64,000 bases of DNA from Eledone cirrhosa (lineage: Eukaryota), in NCBI GenBank assembly GCA_964016885.1, contig OZ024742.1, positions 107,136,001 to 107,200,000 of the forward strand, read 5' to 3'. The position numbers were made by a program, and so were the translations under genes. The notes beneath the pieces are model-generated. The model saw nothing but the letters and a program-made list of their open reading frames with translations. It was not told the origin of the DNA and did no database searches. This document shows positions 48,835 to 61,536 of this stretch, piece by piece. Each line of letters starts with the position of its first letter. The first letter of the stretch is position 1.

Positions 48835-49145
48835 AAAGACCCACTTCAGTAATGAATGACCAAGGGATTTGCACCTAGAAGGTTCCCCTCTGAGACACAA
48901 GTCCAGGCAAGGTTGTTTGTGGAAGACCAGCAGTCGCCCATGCATACCAGTCTCCCCTCTACATGCCGCCGATGTTGTCCAAGGGAAAAGCAAAGGCCAA
49001 TACAGCTTGGCACCCATCACATTGCAACTCATTTCTACAGCTGAGTGAACTGGAGCAACATGAAATAAAGTGTCTTGCTCAAGAACACAACGCAAAACTC
49101 GGTTTAAGAATCAAACACACAACCTCACGATTATAAGGCCGACGT
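48835..49145 (-). mobile_element. CORE-type tRNA SINE
   Basis: Minus strand GCGTTGTGTTCTTGAGCAAGACACTTTATTTCATGTTGCTCC is a MIR/CORE-like domain preceded by a tRNA-like head. Confidence 0.8.
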
Positions 49146-49289
49146 AATTGAGTAATGTCTATATTATTAGTGTGTATGACCTGTAAATATAAAATAACAA
49201 ATGTCACATTGATCTTTAGTACTTGGTAGTTGTTTCTAATTAAATGGCGAAATTTCAATAGGGTCAGCTAGTATTATATGATAGCAGTA

Positions 49290-49469
49290 GATTGGTAGTA
49301 TCGGTAGAGCGTCAGGCACCCTGTTTTGCAGCATAGAGTTATGGCCCTTTACGTTATGAGTTCAAATCCCGACGAGATTAGCTTTGCCTTTTTTCCTTAC
49401 GGGGTCGATAAAATAAAACACCAGTAATGCACTGGGGTAATTGCTGGCATTGTGCCAAAAGTAGAAACA
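49290..49469 (+). mobile_element. Nin/Deu-like SINE with 17-bp TSD
   Basis: ATTATATGATAGCAGTA at 49273-49289 and 49470-49486. Confidence 0.9.
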
Positions 49470-49529
49470 ATTATATGATAGCAGTATAGTTGTGTACTTA
49501 TCTATACTGGAGAATTGGGCAGCAGGAGA

Positions 49530-49990
49530 TTCATCATTATCATCAACATCTTCATTATCACCATTATCACTCTCACTACTACCATCATTGCCATACTCGG
49601 CACCATCATTATCATCACTATAACCACTACTGCCAATACCACCATCATTATCATCTGCATCATCATCACCACCACTAACAACACAACCATCATTCTCATC
49701 ATTACCAGCACCACCACTGCCATCCATCACCATCATCATTACCAGCACCCCAACCACCACCATCACCAGCACCACAACCACAACCATCACCAGCATCACA
49801 ACCAGCACCACCACCATCATCATTAGCATCACAGCCACCAACACCGTTATCACCAGTACAACCACCACCACCATCATCACAACCACAACCATCATCACCA
49901 CCATCACTACAACCACCACTTCCTCCACCTAAACCACCACCATCACCATCTCCAACTCTACCACCTCCATCACCACCATCATCATCTTCA
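49530..49990. repeat. Degenerate (CAT/CAC)n trinucleotide tract
   Basis: Direct inspection; similar tract at 61000-61235. Confidence 0.9.
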
Positions 49991-50290
49991 TTGTTTTAAT
50001 GCTACTGAGTCAGAACATGCTGTGAGTGTGATTCACCAACATGCCTGTCAGGTTTAAATATATAATAATATTCCCATTTTTTGTTTTCATTATATTTTCT
50101 TAGTAAACAGAGAGGTCATCTTCATTTAATAAAGAAAAAAGAATATTATCTGAAGGTGGTCAGATGGCTGCTATTTTGTTAGGATTTCAACCTGCTGAAT
50201 TAAAAGTTGACAGTTCAAATTTTTTAAGGGACTTTCAGAGTGTCTTTTCCAATGGGCAGTGTATTGTGCTGTCTATCCTGAAAAATATGT

Positions 50291-50509
50291 TTAATACTTT
50301 AGCATTTACATTACTCTATATATACTATTGTATTTTTGTGGTAAAGGCTTTAGCTAACATAATTATCTCAAATAATATCGAATCTATGAGATTTTGATGT
50401 TGTTGATTTTGAGAACAATACCTTAAAAAAAAAATGAGTGACCAGTTTGAACAGAAAGAAATAAGAGAATTCTGGCCGGAGACAGCTAGTTTAAATGCTA
50501 AAGGGTTAA
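50291..50509 (-). mobile_element. piggyBac-like MITE (CCCTTTAGCATTT family), inverted relative to other copies
   Basis: TTAA-TACTTTAGCATTT...AAATGCTAAAGGG-TTAA; internal sequence is the reverse complement of 57448-57698. Confidence 0.8.
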
Positions 50510-50540
50510 TTAGTTTAATGTAGTCCAGTTGGTTGTAAAT

Positions 50541-50652
50541 CAGTCATGGGCAAACTGCAGCCCATTTGGCTCTCTGAATGACACGCCTAATTTCAAAATT
50601 ACCTTGAACTTTTAGTAGTGTGACACAACTTTTGATGAGTTTCCCATGCCTG
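50541..50652. mobile_element. hAT-like MITE
   Basis: TIRs CAGTCATGGGCAAACT / AGTTTCCCATGCCTG with 8-bp TSD TTGTAAAT/TTATAAAT. Confidence 0.72.
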
Positions 50653-51040
50653 TTATAAATAGATACTGTGGACACACCAAAGCCAAATGGTTAAGAGGTT
50701 TGCTTCACAATCATTAGGTCCTGGGTTTGGTCCCACTGAGTGACATCTTGAGTAACTATCATTTACCTTGGGTCAATCCATGCCCTGTGAGGGAAATTGG
50801 ATAGGCTGAAACTGTTTGGAAGCCTGACAGATGAATTGTATCTGTCTCATGCTGAATCTCCTAGAGAAATACATTAACCCTTTGGCATTTAAACCAGCTG
50901 TATCCAGCCAGAACTCTTTCACCTCTTTCTGTTTAAACCGACTGTAACTGGCCGCTCATATTTACAGTAAGGTATTGTTCTCAAAATAAATAACATCAAA
51001 ATCTCGTAGATTCGATATTATGTGAGATAGTTATGTAAGA

Positions 51041-51716
51041 CTAGCAGAAAAACTACCCTTCGGGTGGTTTTCTGCTAGCATGTGTAGTGTGTGTATTGAT
51101 ATTATACGCAAGTATATATGCATGTAGATATGATACATAAAGTAAAATCGTAATTGACAATATACACAGAAATTGAACAAAGACTGCGTTACACTGTATT
51201 ATGTAATCAGTAACGTAATCCATGATACATTAAAAAAAGACGATATTATATATAAACTGGCAGTATCGGTAGAGGGTCGGACGTCATGCTTTGACGCAAA
51301 GAGTTACAGCCCTTGCCATTCTGAATTCAAATCCCGCCGAGGTTAACTTTGCCTTTCATCCTTACGGGGTCGATAAAATAAAGTATCAGTAATGCACTGG
51401 GTAATTGCTGGCCTTGTGCCAAAAGTAGAAACAATTATATATAAACTGCATTAGGAGAAAATTAGTGACGGAAATATATGAATGTTTATTTAAGCGATCG
51501 CTAACCGGAAATGTTGACATTTGAAAATTTTAAAGAAGTGAATCTTAAAATAAGCCACAAAATTATTTACATTTAATCAAGAATAACGAAATTTAGTAGA
51601 TAAATTATGTAATATTCATTTATTATTTATTCAAAGTAATCCAACTTATTTTACAAAGGGGACAAAAAATATATTCTGAACGCAGTCCCGCACACCTTAC
51701 TTTATTATCGTTTAGA
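51041..51716 (-). mobile_element. Non-autonomous Helitron
   Basis: Minus strand starts TC(TAAACG..), ends with hairpin CACCCGAAGGGTAG then CTAG; inserted between A and T with no TSD relative to the empty MITE. Confidence 0.78.
51260..51433 (+). mobile_element. Nin/Deu-like SINE with 15-bp TSD inside the Helitron
   Basis: ATTATATATAAACTG at 51245-51259 and 51434-51448. Confidence 0.9.
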
Positions 51717-53304
51717 TAAACCCTTTACTGTGAAAATATAATAGCAAATATAGAGTAATGTAAATGCTAAAGGGTTAAGTGTACATGCGCCTGTGGAATG
51801 CTCAGCTACATGTTAATTTCATCAACAGGCTGTTCTGTTGATCGAACAACTGAAACACTCATCTTCGAAACTGACTGAGGTCTATTCTAGCCAGATAGAT
51901 ACATCAGAGTGCACAGTTCATTTCTCCTATTTTAGAAATCAAATGTATTTTAGTGGTGAACAGAAATCTGCATATTCCAACCACATTTTGGTCAGCAATG
52001 TTGCATGTGATTAATTCACTGACTGACATGATATTTTGAAGAAGTTCAAAGGAAAAGACTACAAAACTGATTGAGAAAGCAATACTTAAATAACTGTTCT
52101 TGAGTTATTCTTGTTTAGCAAATAATTTGATCCAAGATCATGTGTTGAAACTGAAACAAATACATTATGGTAGTCATTGTAGCCACTAAAAACACATATA
52201 ATCACAGTTAAACTTTTAAGAATTAACTTATGTTACCAACCTGGCCAAAACCGGCTCTGGTTCTATGAAATAAAACCACCTATTTTGAAGGTATCCAATT
52301 TAAATTCAAATCTTCCATCATAATTTTATATAAGAATCTTATATTAAGTTACTATCTTAGTAATGAAATAATTAATAATTTTAGTAAAACGTTTTACCTT
52401 TATGTCTCACATATTTTGCATAGTTCAATTTTAAGATCCTTGATAAATATATGTACCAGACTGCTTTTGTCCTCTACACTCCCACCCCTCTTCACTTCCT
52501 TTGTCTATCTATCTATATTGCTCTCACTTTCCATATACCCAATTTCACACACCTGGCAGGAGGTATTCAAGTGGCTGATAAAGAAAACCAGGATACACAT
52601 ATCAATTGTCTAGGTATGTGTTTTTTATGTTGTTTAACTCCATGTCAATTTTGATTGAGCAGACTTATGACCAATAGTATTGTCGCCGTGACTACATTGT
52701 TTAATTTAGCCTTTCTTTTTAAAAAAAAAACAGTAGGGTATGGATCTGTGGAAAATTTGGCAACTATTTCTATCAGAACAAATAACTACATAGATAGAGG
52801 TTTCCCTTGAAGATTATGTAAAATTCAAAGATGATAATTTGTTGATCATTAATATTGAGAAGGCAGAGTATTTTCTAGATAGAAAGTCATTGAGATACAC
52901 ATCATTCTATTTTAGATTGCCAGCTATATCAATGCAATAAAAGACATTAATATTCATTCAGTTATTCCTCTAATAACAGCCAGTTGAGGTGGTTGGCATC
53001 TGGAAATGTCTTCTTTATCATATTGAATTCCATAAAATTTATTGTCATTTTATGTACAACAAAGATTTCTTTGTATCTTGAGTTTCAATATGGACAAAAA
53101 TATTTAAAATCGGCAAGCACATAACATGTTAATATAGAGAAAATACAAAATATAACATATGATGATATACATACAGTTACAAGTATGTATGTATATATAT
53201 ATATATATAAGGAACGATCGACTTTCGTCAAATCGGACCGAGGAAACAATGTTTCCATTGGTCTTTCCAATTGCTAATACTATCTATCAGTCACAACTCC
53301 AGGT

Positions 53305-53430
53305 AGAAGGAGCAACGTGAAATAAAGTGTCTTGCTCAAGGACATAACGCATCGCCTGGTCCAGGAATCGAACTCACAACCTTTCGATTGCGAATCCAAT
53401 TCTCTAACCGCTCAGCCACACGCCTTCACT
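53305..53430 (-). mobile_element. CORE-type SINE 5' half
   Basis: Minus strand GGCGTGTGGCTGAGCGGTTAG (A box)...GAGTTCGATTCC (B box)...TGTCCTTGAGCAAGACACTTT. Confidence 0.85.
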
Positions 53431-53490
<60 letters not shown>

Positions 53491-53689
53491 ATAAAATCAT
53501 CAACATCACCATCATTTAACATCCATTTCTCTGCTAGCAAATGTTGGACAGGTTGTTACAAAGTTAGTACTGTCAATACTTAATCGGAACCACTGATCTC
53601 TCAAATGTGCCAGGGCCACATCTTACTTACATACAATCCTCACACTCTACAGAGTGCATGCACTGTACATTTTATAATGGCACCAGCAC

Positions 53690-54003
53690 TGGAAGGATGA
53701 AAGGCAAAGTTGATCTCAATGGGATTTGAACATAGAACATAAAAAGCTGGAAGAAATACCTGAAAGCACTTCATCCAATGCTCTGATAATACTGCCAACC
53801 CAAATAATAAAAATAATGGTTTTTGATTTATGCACAAGGATAGCAATTTTGGGGGAGAGGAAAGTTGATTAAATCGACCCCAGTGCGTGACTGGTACTTT
53901 ATTTTATGAACCCGTAAGGATGAAATTTGAACTCAGAATGTGAAGAGCCAAAACCTCTATGCTGCAAAGTATGGTGTCCAACACTCTACTGATTCTGCCA
54001 ATC
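53690..54003 (-). mobile_element. Two adjacent Nin/Deu-like SINEs
   Basis: AGGATGAAAGGCAAAG..GATTTGAAC motifs twice, separated by (TAA)n. Confidence 0.75.
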
Positions 54004-54631
54004 AACAATGATAATGACAATATTTTGTACTAGACATGATAAAATACCAGCAATAATTCACTGGAATTTTGCAACGGATTTGGCTTAGCATGCACAGAAA
54101 AGAGCTAGAATCATTTTGTGAAAACAAAAATGAAAGTTTCAAAAAATAAGTGAGACTGCTATGAAGTTTTTCCATACAAACCAAAAGAAAAATACAGCAC
54201 AAGATAGATACTGTGGTCATTGAAAGTATGCCTAGTAATTGACATACCAATCCCACTTGACACCAAAGATTTTTTTTAAAAAGTAGGACATCTAATTTGT
54301 AAATATGAAATCCTCATGTGCTGGATTAAATGGCACAGTCATGATCTTGCCAATTGTCATTGGAAACTTGGGAAGTGTGAGAAGAATTTGATAGTAAATT
54401 TTGGAAAGCAAGACCTTAATCTGGAAGTGAGTGAGATGCAAAAATGTTGTTTAACTGGATCAACAAGAAATACCCAGAAAGTCCTTGACACAAAATAAGG
54501 ACAACTATGAACAGTACAAAAGGAGCTTAATAGGAAGAGAAAAGACAAAATGCTTCTCATCCTGGACCATGGGTTGTGGTTAGATTGGAAGTATATTTAT
54601 ATCAGCCAAAACACCAATACCATGTAACAAC

Positions 54632-55612
54632 AATAATAATAATTCTTTCTAATATTGTCACAAGGTCAGTAATTTGGGGAAGGAGAAAGTTAGTTAAATT
54701 GACCCTAGTACTTAACTGGTACTTTATTTTATCGACCCTGGAAAAATGAGAGGCAAAGTTGACCTCAGCAGGAAATGAAGTCAGAATATAAAAAGCCAGA
54801 AAAATACTGCAAAGCATTTGCCCGATGGTCTAACAGTTCTGCCATTCCCCTTCCCTCTAATAATAATTGTTTCTACTTTAGACACAAGGCCAGCAATTAC
54901 CCAGTGCATTACTGGTACTTTATTTTATCGACCCCGTAAGGATGAAAGGCAAAGTCAACCTCGGCGGGATTTGAACTCAGATCGTAAAGGGACGTAACTA
55001 TGCGTCTGACCCTCTACCGATACTACCAATCCATTCTGATTTAGGCACATAGTCAACAAATTTAGGGAGAGGGGAAAGTCGATTAAATCAACCCAAGTGC
55101 ATTACTGGTGCTTTATTTTATTGAACCCATAAGGATTTAAACTCAGAATGTAATAATAATAATAGTTTCTGATTTAGGGGAGGGGAAGAAAGTCAATTAA
55201 ATCAACCGCAGGGCATTACTGATACTTTATTTTATGACCCCGTAAGGATGAAAGGCAAAATTAACCTTGCACGGAATTAGAACTTAAAGGTATGTAACTC
55301 TATGCTGCAAAGCATGTTGTCCAATGCTTTACCAATACAGCCAATCCACCACTCTCTAGTAATAATAGTAATGGTTTCTTATATAGGCACAAGGCCAACA
55401 ATTTTTGGGGCAGGGAAAGTCGATTAAATTGACCCCAGTGCATTACTGGTGCTTTATTTTATCGACCCTGTAAGCATGAAAGGCAAAGCTAACCTTGGCA
55501 AGATTTGAACACAGAACTTAAAGGGTCATAAACTCTATGCTGCAAAGCACATTGTCCTTTCTGCAAAGCGCAAACGCTCTACCGATACTCCCAATCCACT
55601 GCCCTAATAATA
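54632..55612 (-). mobile_element. Head-to-tail array of about five Nin/Deu-like SINEs
   Basis: Core CTGGT(A/G)CTTTATTTTATCGACCC-like motif at about 54716, 54912, 55105, 55219 and 55446; several units separated by (TAA)n. Confidence 0.85.
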
Positions 55613-56189
55613 ATTTATTTAAATACAAATGAGCTTATAGACATGTTCCTCTTGAGAAATATAAAGAATTATCAAAGAGCTATATAGCATGAGTTCCAAC
55701 AATAATGAAAGATGATTTCATTAGCATCATGACAAAAGGCACTCAGGAGAATGCAGGAACACATGTAAGTAAGATGCAAGCCCTAGGTTGGTGGCTATGC
55801 TTGGGTACTGACTTGGTCTGTGAAGATCCTGCCAACCCTTTCAAGCAGAAAAAACAGACATTAAATGATGATGATGATGACTTCCATTTCATGTTCTTTT
55901 TAAAATTATTTTTATTGACTTATGTCCATGGGATATGGTTGATTACATTAACCCAATCTCTTGACTGGTACTTATGGTACTTATTTTATGAGTCTGGAGT
56001 AGACAAAGTCAACATGGACAAAATTTGAACTTAGAAAGTAAAGGGACATAACTAAATACCACAATGTCTATTTGTGTCAGATTGGAAAAACTTTATATTC
56101 CAAAGAGAAGGAGACATTATGTAGTCACCTGACTTGCTAGAATCAGAAACCAAATTTCTGTCTACTTACAACCTACCATTGTAAGTATA

Positions 56190-56531
56190 CAGTGGAACCT
56201 CGGTTCACAAACTTAATTCATTCCTGAAAGGCATTTATCACCTTAAATGTTTGTAAACTGAAACTATTTTTCTCATACGAAATGTTGAGAGAGAAATACA
56301 GTGAGAGAAAGACTGTGTGGGAAAGACAGATAGATATCACCATAGTAACTAACTACACAGCAAATAATGCTTTTCTGCCGATACTCCCAACTTGTTGCAA
56401 ACCATTGTTGGCAGCTTGCGTGTTCATTACTCAAGACACCGTTCACCATCCGAGATGTTTTATGTTCAGAAAAATTATTTGTGAACCAATTTGTTTAGGA
56501 AGAGAGGTGTTCATGAACCGAAGTTCCACTG
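56190..56531. mobile_element. Tigger/pogo-like (Tc1-mariner) MITE
   Basis: TA-CAGTGGAACCTCGGTTCA...TGAACCGAAGTTCCACTG-TA. Confidence 0.88.
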
Positions 56532-57447
56532 TATTTGTGAAAGGCTCTTTGGATAATGCACTCTAAGATACACTACGCCTGACTGTACAGTTTTGCTCAA
56601 GGTAATGAGAGAACATATGCACAACAGCCACAGTATAGCTATTTCAGCAATAATTGGTATAACACCCAATGTCTGGTCTTCCTATATTTTTTATGCTTAG
56701 TGGTAAAATATTTTGGTATTTTGTTTCATAACGAATAACAACACAAAATTAACAAAAGGTTCCTTTAAAAAAATAACCACTCTACAAGTGAACTAATAAT
56801 TTAAATTAAGTTCAATTCAGAAACTCTTTCATTGAAAGACTGAAATATATTTAAATATGTTTTCCTACATCAAATTTAATTTGACTGTTTCTCTATGCCC
56901 TATTGTGCTATCTAGAATTAGCAAGGCAGATAGCAAATTTTCAAACTCTGCTCTAGAGATTCACTAAACATGTACTTTCATGACAGACGAGAAACTCAAT
57001 GTAAATTTAATTTTTTGTGTGTTCACTTTTACTTATTATTTTCAAAACTTGTTCATGCTCCACATTGTCTTCTATTCCTCAAATTTTTTTTTTTCAGACC
57101 TAAAATTCAAGTTTTATTTCAAAAGCAAATTGAGAGTGGAGATGGAAGTGCTATTGTCCAGTAAATTTATTGAAAGGTGGCTGAGAGTGGTGAGCAAGGT
57201 CCAAGGGAACAGGCCTACTCTGAATATACACCTGTAGACTAACAGTGGACAACTGGGAGAAAGCACTTGTCAGGCTGATCATGGCTTTTTTTGTGAGTAT
57301 TTTTCTTGAGTAACTCTCAGAAGTTTCCCCACTATTGGGGAATTTTTCTTTGTTTTCACTTTTCATGTAAACACATACCGTATTAAAGATTAATATGACA
57401 TTTTAAATATTGTTTTTATAAGTTATATATATTTCATTGTTAGCCCA

Positions 57448-57698
57448 TAACCTTTGATGGAGTTATAGGGGCATTTAAACTGGCCTTATCTGACCATATC
57501 CAGCCAGAATTCTCTCACCTCTTTCTGTTCAAACCAGCCATAACCAGCTGCTCATACTTATGTTAAGGTATTTTTCTCAAAATAAATAATATCAAAATCT
57601 CATAGATTCGATATTATGTGAGATAATTATGTGAAATAAAGTGTTTGCCATAAAAATACAATAGTAAATATAGAGTAATGTAAATGCTAAAGGGTTAA
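57448..57698 (+). mobile_element. piggyBac-like MITE (empty copy)
   Basis: Ends AAATGCTAAAGGG-TTAA; collinear with 50874-51040 plus 51717-51778. Confidence 0.8.
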
Positions 57699-58168
57699 AC
57701 TTGGTGAAGCCCATTTCTTCCTCAGAAAGGCAGAGAGGAAGTGAGAAAGAGATATAGTGGAAGAACCAGTCCCAGTTTTGGACTAGCACATAATTTATCA
57801 ACCTTAAAAGGACAGAAGGCAAAGTTGCCCTCGATGTGATTTGAACTTTCTATCCAACGTCTTACTGACTCTGCCAATTTGCCACCTTATATACATATAT
57901 ATATATATAATTGGTGTTGGATGCTTAAAGCGTCCGTATGCAGTAGGCCGTATGAGCACTCGATGCCCTCGTAGAGCAGAGTATGATATCACAGAGTATG
58001 ATATCATAGGAAAATCTGTTTCGTAGAATCGAGATGTATCAGAGGACCGCGCGATCTCAGAGTCAAGTTTGATCACCACATCGATCGTGCTTGGAGCTGG
58101 TCGCCCGAGAAACAATTGTAATATGTCCAATAAATTCCTTTCATCGCAACACTGATTCTCTTTTTTCT

Positions 58169-58206
<38 letters not shown>

Positions 58207-58207
<1 letters not shown>

Positions 58208-59630
58208 ACTATTTATTATTGCCCTTCAGGCTATAACAGAGGAGTTCAAGACCGGCTGCCCATGGGAACTCCTATACGCAGACGACCTGACACTCATAGC
58301 GGAATCAATGGCCGAGCTAGAGAAGAAATTCCAAACATGGAAGCACGGCCTAGAATCAAAAGGACTTAAAATTAACCTGGCTAAGACTAAAGTTCTAGTT
58401 TGTAGGAAAGAAAATAAGGCGGCGGTCCCTTCTGGGAAATGGTCGTGCTCGGTGTGTAGGAAAGGCGTAGGTAGAAACTCCATTTTATGTCCTAAATGCA
58501 AAGTATGGGTGCATAAAAGATGTAGTGGGATCACAGGTAAGCTAACTAAGAACATAGATTTTACATGTGGCCGGTGCTCTGGTGCAATAAGTAGCAGCAA
58601 GTGCCCACAAAATACTAGCTCTTTCAATTGCGCAGAGGGTTCTATAGAAATAGTGGACAGCTTCCGTTACCTGGGCGATAAAATCAGCAGTGGGGGAGGG
58701 TGCTCTGAAAGTACAGTAGCTAGAGTCAGAACTGGTTGGAAAAAGTTAGGAGAGCTTATACCACTATTAGCTGCTAAAGGGTTCTCCCTAAAAATGAAAG
58801 GCAGGTTGTACGATGCCTGCATACGAACAGCAATGTTGCATGGCAGTGAGACCTGGGCATTGTGTGCAGAGGATATACGCAGACTAGAGAGGAACGAAGC
58901 TTGCATGCTCCGCTGGATGTGTAACAGTAATATACGTGAACGGCAAAGCATAAACGAACTAAGGAAAAAATTAGAAATAAGAGGGATCAGATGTTGTTTA
59001 CTCGAGAGAAGGCTACGTTGGTATGGACACGTGATGCGCATGAAAGTCGATAGCTGTATAACAAAGTGCAGGGAAATAAAGATAGACGGTAGCCACGGAA
59101 TAGGCAGACCTAGAAAAACCTGGGACGAGCTGATAAACTCCGACCTCACACACTTACACCGCTCCAAGACAATGTCACTGGACCGAGACCTTTGGCGGTA
59201 CTCAGTAACAGAGAAGACCCGCCTTACCTAAATACATAGTAAAACCTACTACAGCCAGTAGGCATCTCTAACAAAATACACCCCGTCACACCACCACCAC
59301 CCCCACCCCATCCACACCACCCCGTTCTATGTAAAGTTATGTTGGTGCCGCGCCATCCAGGCCGAAACAAATGAGATCGTGTAGGTGTCACGACAAAAAA
59401 ACGCACAGTCCACGCTGTAATGTGGCCGTGTAGGCAACACGGTAAAAACCTCCCAGACCCACACTGTAAATGTGGTTGGTGTTAGGAAGGGCATCCAACT
59501 GTAGAAAACCTGCCAGACAGTCCTATGCGAGCAAGACAATCACTCTTGCCTCAAGTGGGACTACCCCCGTCCAAACCCATGCAAGCGTGGAACACGGACA
59601 TTAAACGTTGATGATGATGATGATGATGAT
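58207..59630 (+). mobile_element. 5'-truncated young RTE LINE (subfamily A): partial RT, PHD finger, C-terminus, 3' UTR, (GAT)n tail
   Basis: Open frame from LLFIIALQAITEEFKTGCPWELLYADDL through FRYLG and LRWYGHVMR to stop at 59231 without disruption; (TA)n on both sides. Confidence 0.96.
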
Positions 59631-60261
59631 ATATATATATATATATATATATTATACACACAAAACAAAATAATAATATATACAGTATTTAATTACATAT
59701 ATATACAAGACAACAAAATAAATTAAATAAATTCAACAAATGGCTGAAATATTTTACTCTTTTATAATTTGAGGATAAACAATGATTTTCATACAGCGTA
59801 GGGTTAAAAAAATATTTGACACTCCACTACTGGTTTCTCTCTCTCTCTCTCTCTCGTACATACACACACTCACACACACATATATACACATAGACACACT
59901 TGTACCATTGATAAAAATGTGAGATTAAAAACTAAAAAATTTCAGCATTTGCTGCAGTCACCACCACCACCACTGCTGTCACCATTACCAATGCTCTCTC
60001 TCTCTCTCTCTCTCTCTTGCACATATTCTTACCATCCTCTTTCCAAAGTATGCCAGACTTTTTATACCACAGATACCTCAGCTTTAATATAATAGATATT
60101 ACCAGGAGCTCAACTTGGCTATCCATGTTAATGCCCTCAAAGGAACACAAAATGTAAAATGTAGTCTGTATGTATGTATCAAAATGAAACTATAACTATT
60201 ATATTTTTAGTAAACAAATTATACAACAAACAGAATTTCAAGTATATTTTACTACTTTGTT

Positions 60262-60960
60262 GACACAGATATCTAATCACTAAGTAATGCAGAGGATCTC
60301 GTACACAAACTAGAAGTTTCTACTCAAGCTATAAGACTTGTCCTAAATGGCATCAAAACCAAATACATGACCATCAACTCACAAACATCAAATCATTAAG
60401 CAATACTGTTCTAGAAAAAGTAGATAATTTCAAATACCTTGGTGCATATACCAATCCGGCAAATGATATAAACAACAAGATAGCACAAGCATGGTCTACT
60501 GTGAACTCACAAGATAAGGTGTGGAAATCTAACATAACCTCAAAAACAAAACTTAGATTATTCAAAGCTACAGTGGAATCAATCTTACTAATGTATTCCT
60601 GTGAATCATGGCCTGTGACAATACCTATTGCCAAAGCTTTAGATGGTTGCTACACCTGAATGCTAAGACAGATAAATAACATCAAACCTCTTTACCGTGT
60701 GTTACAAACAAAATTCTCTACGGCAACCTCTCACCAATTAGCCATACCATCTGTATCCGGCGTCTTCAACTTGCAGGTCATGTCACGAGAGGCAATGAAC
60801 CTGCCACGAAACCTTTACTATCGGAGCCCACTAATGTGAAACTTAAACACAGAAGACCTCTCAAAATATTAAAGAGAGTCATTGAGGAAGATACAGAATT
60901 CTCCGATGAAGAACTGAGGCAGTTAATGTTGGATTGTATGCGCTGGAAAGGTTTTAACAT
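60262..60960 (+). mobile_element. Old degraded RTE-group LINE ORF2 fragment
   Basis: KTKYM...LEKVDNFKYLGAY...KLRLFKATVESILL..CESW...LAGHV motifs with stops and frameshifts. Confidence 0.8.
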
Positions 60961-61536
60961 TATCACCACAAGGAAGTGGATGGATTTAGTAGTATCTAAT
61001 CCCCATCCTCATCCTACTCATTTTCATCATTCTTGTCCTCCCCCTCTTCCTCCTACTCATCATCATCATGCTATCATGTCATCATCATCACCATTATTTG
61101 TCATTGTTGTTGCTACCATCACTATCACCACCATCATCAACATTGTCATCTTCATCAACCACCACTACCACCACCATTACTGATTATTGTTGTCACCACC
61201 ACCACTACCACAACCACCACCATATTCACCACATTTTACTATGTTTTACTATACTGGCATGGATTGGACAGATCCACAAAATGGCATATATGGGCATATC
61301 AGTTACTCATCTCTATCTTGTGACCTCTACTCTCCAAAGTCTAATATTCTGATAATATTCTCACTTTCTATAGGCAATAGATTCAACCCAAATCTGGCCC
61401 AAAATTGACAGATTGGTGATAATGGTATGAGATTTAACTGATACCATTATCACCGATCTGTCAATACCTACTGATACTTAAGGCAAATTGTGGAAACAGG
61501 ATTTACTGTCCACTGCAATGCAGTTAGATAACAACA

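Larger units (their letters stand above)
50874..51778 (+). mobile_element. piggyBac-like MITE hosting a Helitron
   Basis: TTAA-CCCTTTGGCATTT...AAATGCTAAAGGG-TTAA; the two halves rejoin to match the empty copy at 57448-57698. Confidence 0.85.
50680..51885 (+). mobile_element. CORE-type SINE split by the nested MITE/Helitron/SINE insertion
   Basis: tRNA-like head AAATGGTTAAG...GGGTTTGGTCCC and TGACATCTTGAGTAA core at 50680-50873; SINE-like tail appears to resume after the duplicated TTAA at 51779. Confidence 0.55.

Noticed and set aside
49362-49928. Val/Met- or His-rich ORFs (also at 61033-61352)
   Set aside because: Translations of (CAC/CAT)n low-complexity sequence.
51465-51515. ETS-like CGGAAAT motifs suggesting a promoter
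   Set aside because: They lie inside the Helitron.
53330-53430. tRNA-like A and B boxes
   Set aside because: They are SINE heads running directly into the CORE domain, not tRNA genes.
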